Positions 61,801 to 64,000 of a stretch of 64,000 bases of DNA are shown in pieces (within the stretch, counting starts at the first letter, position 1; each line of letters opens with the position of its first letter). The translations under genes were made by a program, and so were the position numbers. The notes under the pieces are model-generated. The model was not told where the DNA came from. It searched no databases and saw only the letters and a list, made by a program, of their open reading frames with translations. Origin of the DNA: Diadema antillarum (taxonomy: Eukaryota); assembly GCF_040938485.1 (NCBI RefSeq), contig NW_027272060.1, positions 310,001 through 374,000 of the forward strand, written 5' to 3'.

Positions 61801-64000
61801 GATTGATTATGAATCTGAATTTGTAGATCTGAATATGACTACTTTTATCACTATGTTGATAATTACCATATAATCAAGTTGATATCACATAGCCAGCAAT
61901 GTTGTTTACCGCACTATGAGGAAGTCATCATAATCAAGGGAAAATCTGAAGGGGATTCACCCTTCACAAGGTGTGAAGAATTGATATTCTTAGGATTCTC
62001 ACCTGAGTTTTTATCCAAAACTCTTCAATATTTCTAGGTAAATCAACATGTGGATGCCTGCTCCGCCTCCTCCTTTTACTTTCCAAGCCTGCTGCCACCC
62101 CATGTTTATCGGTAGCCACTTTGCTAAATTGTGATAAAGTATAAGAGTGATTGTAGGTCAGGAATGACTGTTAAATTGCATCCTTCAAAAATCCCTCAGC
62201 ATGTCGGAGTGCAGACAAGAGAAGCCATGCACTTCTGGCAGAGGGAGCTTCTCCTTCTTGAATTAATGCTTGTTGCCATGGAAACATTCTACTTCCATGG
62301 TTTTCAATTCAATGAGCTATTTTAAGCATATGTTTGCCATAATATCTTGCGAGTTGCAAACCCTGTTCACTTGATATTCAGTTCTTTCTTCCCAATGGGG
62401 TCGCAATATGCACAAACTTGCATAGCCTAAAGAATGAAACTGTGTCTGTCGCTAGAATTCATAAATACTATGAATTGAAGATACACATTCATGTTGATGT
62501 ATAATATTTATCTAGATGGAAAAGTTGCTTGTTACTCTTATTTTACATGACAACAGGTATGCTAACACAATCTGTGGTCTGCTATCCTTTGTATCACATG
62601 GTCATTTATACTCCACCTATTAGAATAACTGTTGGAAGCTTTAAATTCAGTCTGATTTGTCACACAGTTACACAATTATTTTATCCTGGCACTCTGTCTG
62701 AAAATTAAATGGCACCCAACCAAGGTCTATTGGTTCTTGCACAGTTGATTCCTTGTCTTTTATTAGGCAAATAAGGAAAAGGCAGTCATAATTGTTGGCC
62801 AATGTCTTTTTAATGTTCCTGCCTGGAAAATACATGGGAATTCATGCAGTAGTGATTACAGTGATCCTGATCACTTGAATGGAGTGAAATTTTGAATGGC
62901 TTGAAGGATATACGTAACCTCTACAACAATCATGCCCACATGCTTGCATAAATCTAAAGTAATGTGAAACATATTCCTTTTGAAATCAAGATGTATCTGA
63001 CAGTGAAATAACATATTCATTTATATTGCCTATCTAAAACTGTCCTACAATCCTTTAAACCAAATGAAGTGTGTCACAGAAACTGATAGTATATAATGTG
63101 AAGCTCTTTGACTTCCTGAGAGCAAGTACCATTAAACAAACAAAATCCTTGAATTCACTTGTCTTCCAATGTAAGTCATGTAACAAGACAGAACTGTTGC
63201 AAAAAAGTCCATGGAATATTGTGTGTGTGATTCAGCAGAGTGCAAGTATATTCAACCAGATTATTGATGCTGGTCTTGTCCATGTTGACTGCTAACTCTG
63301 TATTTTACAATGATTTCCAATCATTCTTTGTTTTGCAGCCACAAATGAATACATATTATAACTCATGGCAAATCCTGAGTGGGGAGGGACAGTTTTTATC
63401 TGACATTCTTGATTATTTTTGTGCATGTAACGTCTTCATGCTCGAAACTAGATGGTTTTGAATATTGTATGATCTGCCATGACAGATTTCTAAAAAAGCT
63501 GACCTTCATGTGGCATAGGCTTGAGCCTTCATTGCAGGCCTTCCCCACTTCCCCACCCCCCCAAAGAATTGTTGAATAAAAATCAAATCAGCCCCGCCCA
63601 CATATTATATTTTGCTTCCTTTGAATGTCCCTATCCAATGCAGTCAACTGTATTTGATGATGTTCACTTTCAGTATCTAAATGCATTTGACATGTTGATG
63701 AGAGACCTTGCAAAGGAACTATAGAATGGCTCCCATTTCTCCCTCCCACTTGAAAGGAATCATACTATTGCGAGTACCAACGCTGTGAGTTTGATCAGCA
63801 AACAGCAGTGGCATGCATGTCCATGGCTGGGTATTTATGATATGCACCAGCGCAATATTAGTCAGGAATCCTTTGATCTAATTTAATAACAGTTGCTCTA
63901 AATTTTCACAGCGTTGCTGAAAAGTGGTAAATTGAATAAATTTATTTGTATCCATAGATACAACTACATTGTATTGTAGGTGTACATATGTGCTTGGTTG

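Overview
Eukaryotic (animal) genomic DNA, AT-rich, with spliceosomal introns and dense non-autonomous transposons. The repeat repertoire looks like a marine invertebrate such as an echinoderm, but this is inference. Two genes are supported. (1) The 3' part of a kizuna (KIZ) centrosomal protein gene on +: 11 phase-consistent GT-AG exons from 210 to 14475 giving 844 aa in the window, with the N-terminus upstream of the window. (2) An RDH14-like NADP(H) short-chain dehydrogenase on - (21520-22536) with an uninterrupted CDS, convergent with KIZ. The remaining ~41 kb has no recognisable protein. It comprises a CpG-rich block (~22.6-33.6 kb) with a candidate promoter and first exon near 30.4-30.77 kb, then a CpG-poor region that looks like long introns of an unidentified gene with only weak candidate exons. 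Mobile elements include four Helentron-type HINEs, TTAA-flanked palindromic MITEs, an 85-bp piggyBac-type MITE, at least 10 TA-flanked Tc1/mariner-type MITEs, Harbinger-like MITEs and LINE remnants. The most interesting leads are a HINE carrying seven RFX X-boxes inside the KIZ gene, a ~165-aa helical KIZ domain I do not recall in human KIZ, a ~200-bp-arm foldback in the probable KIZ 3' UTR, and twin myristoylation-type starts on the RDH. No prokaryotic-type system, CRISPR array, rRNA or tRNA is present. All homology calls are from memory of the families, not database searches.
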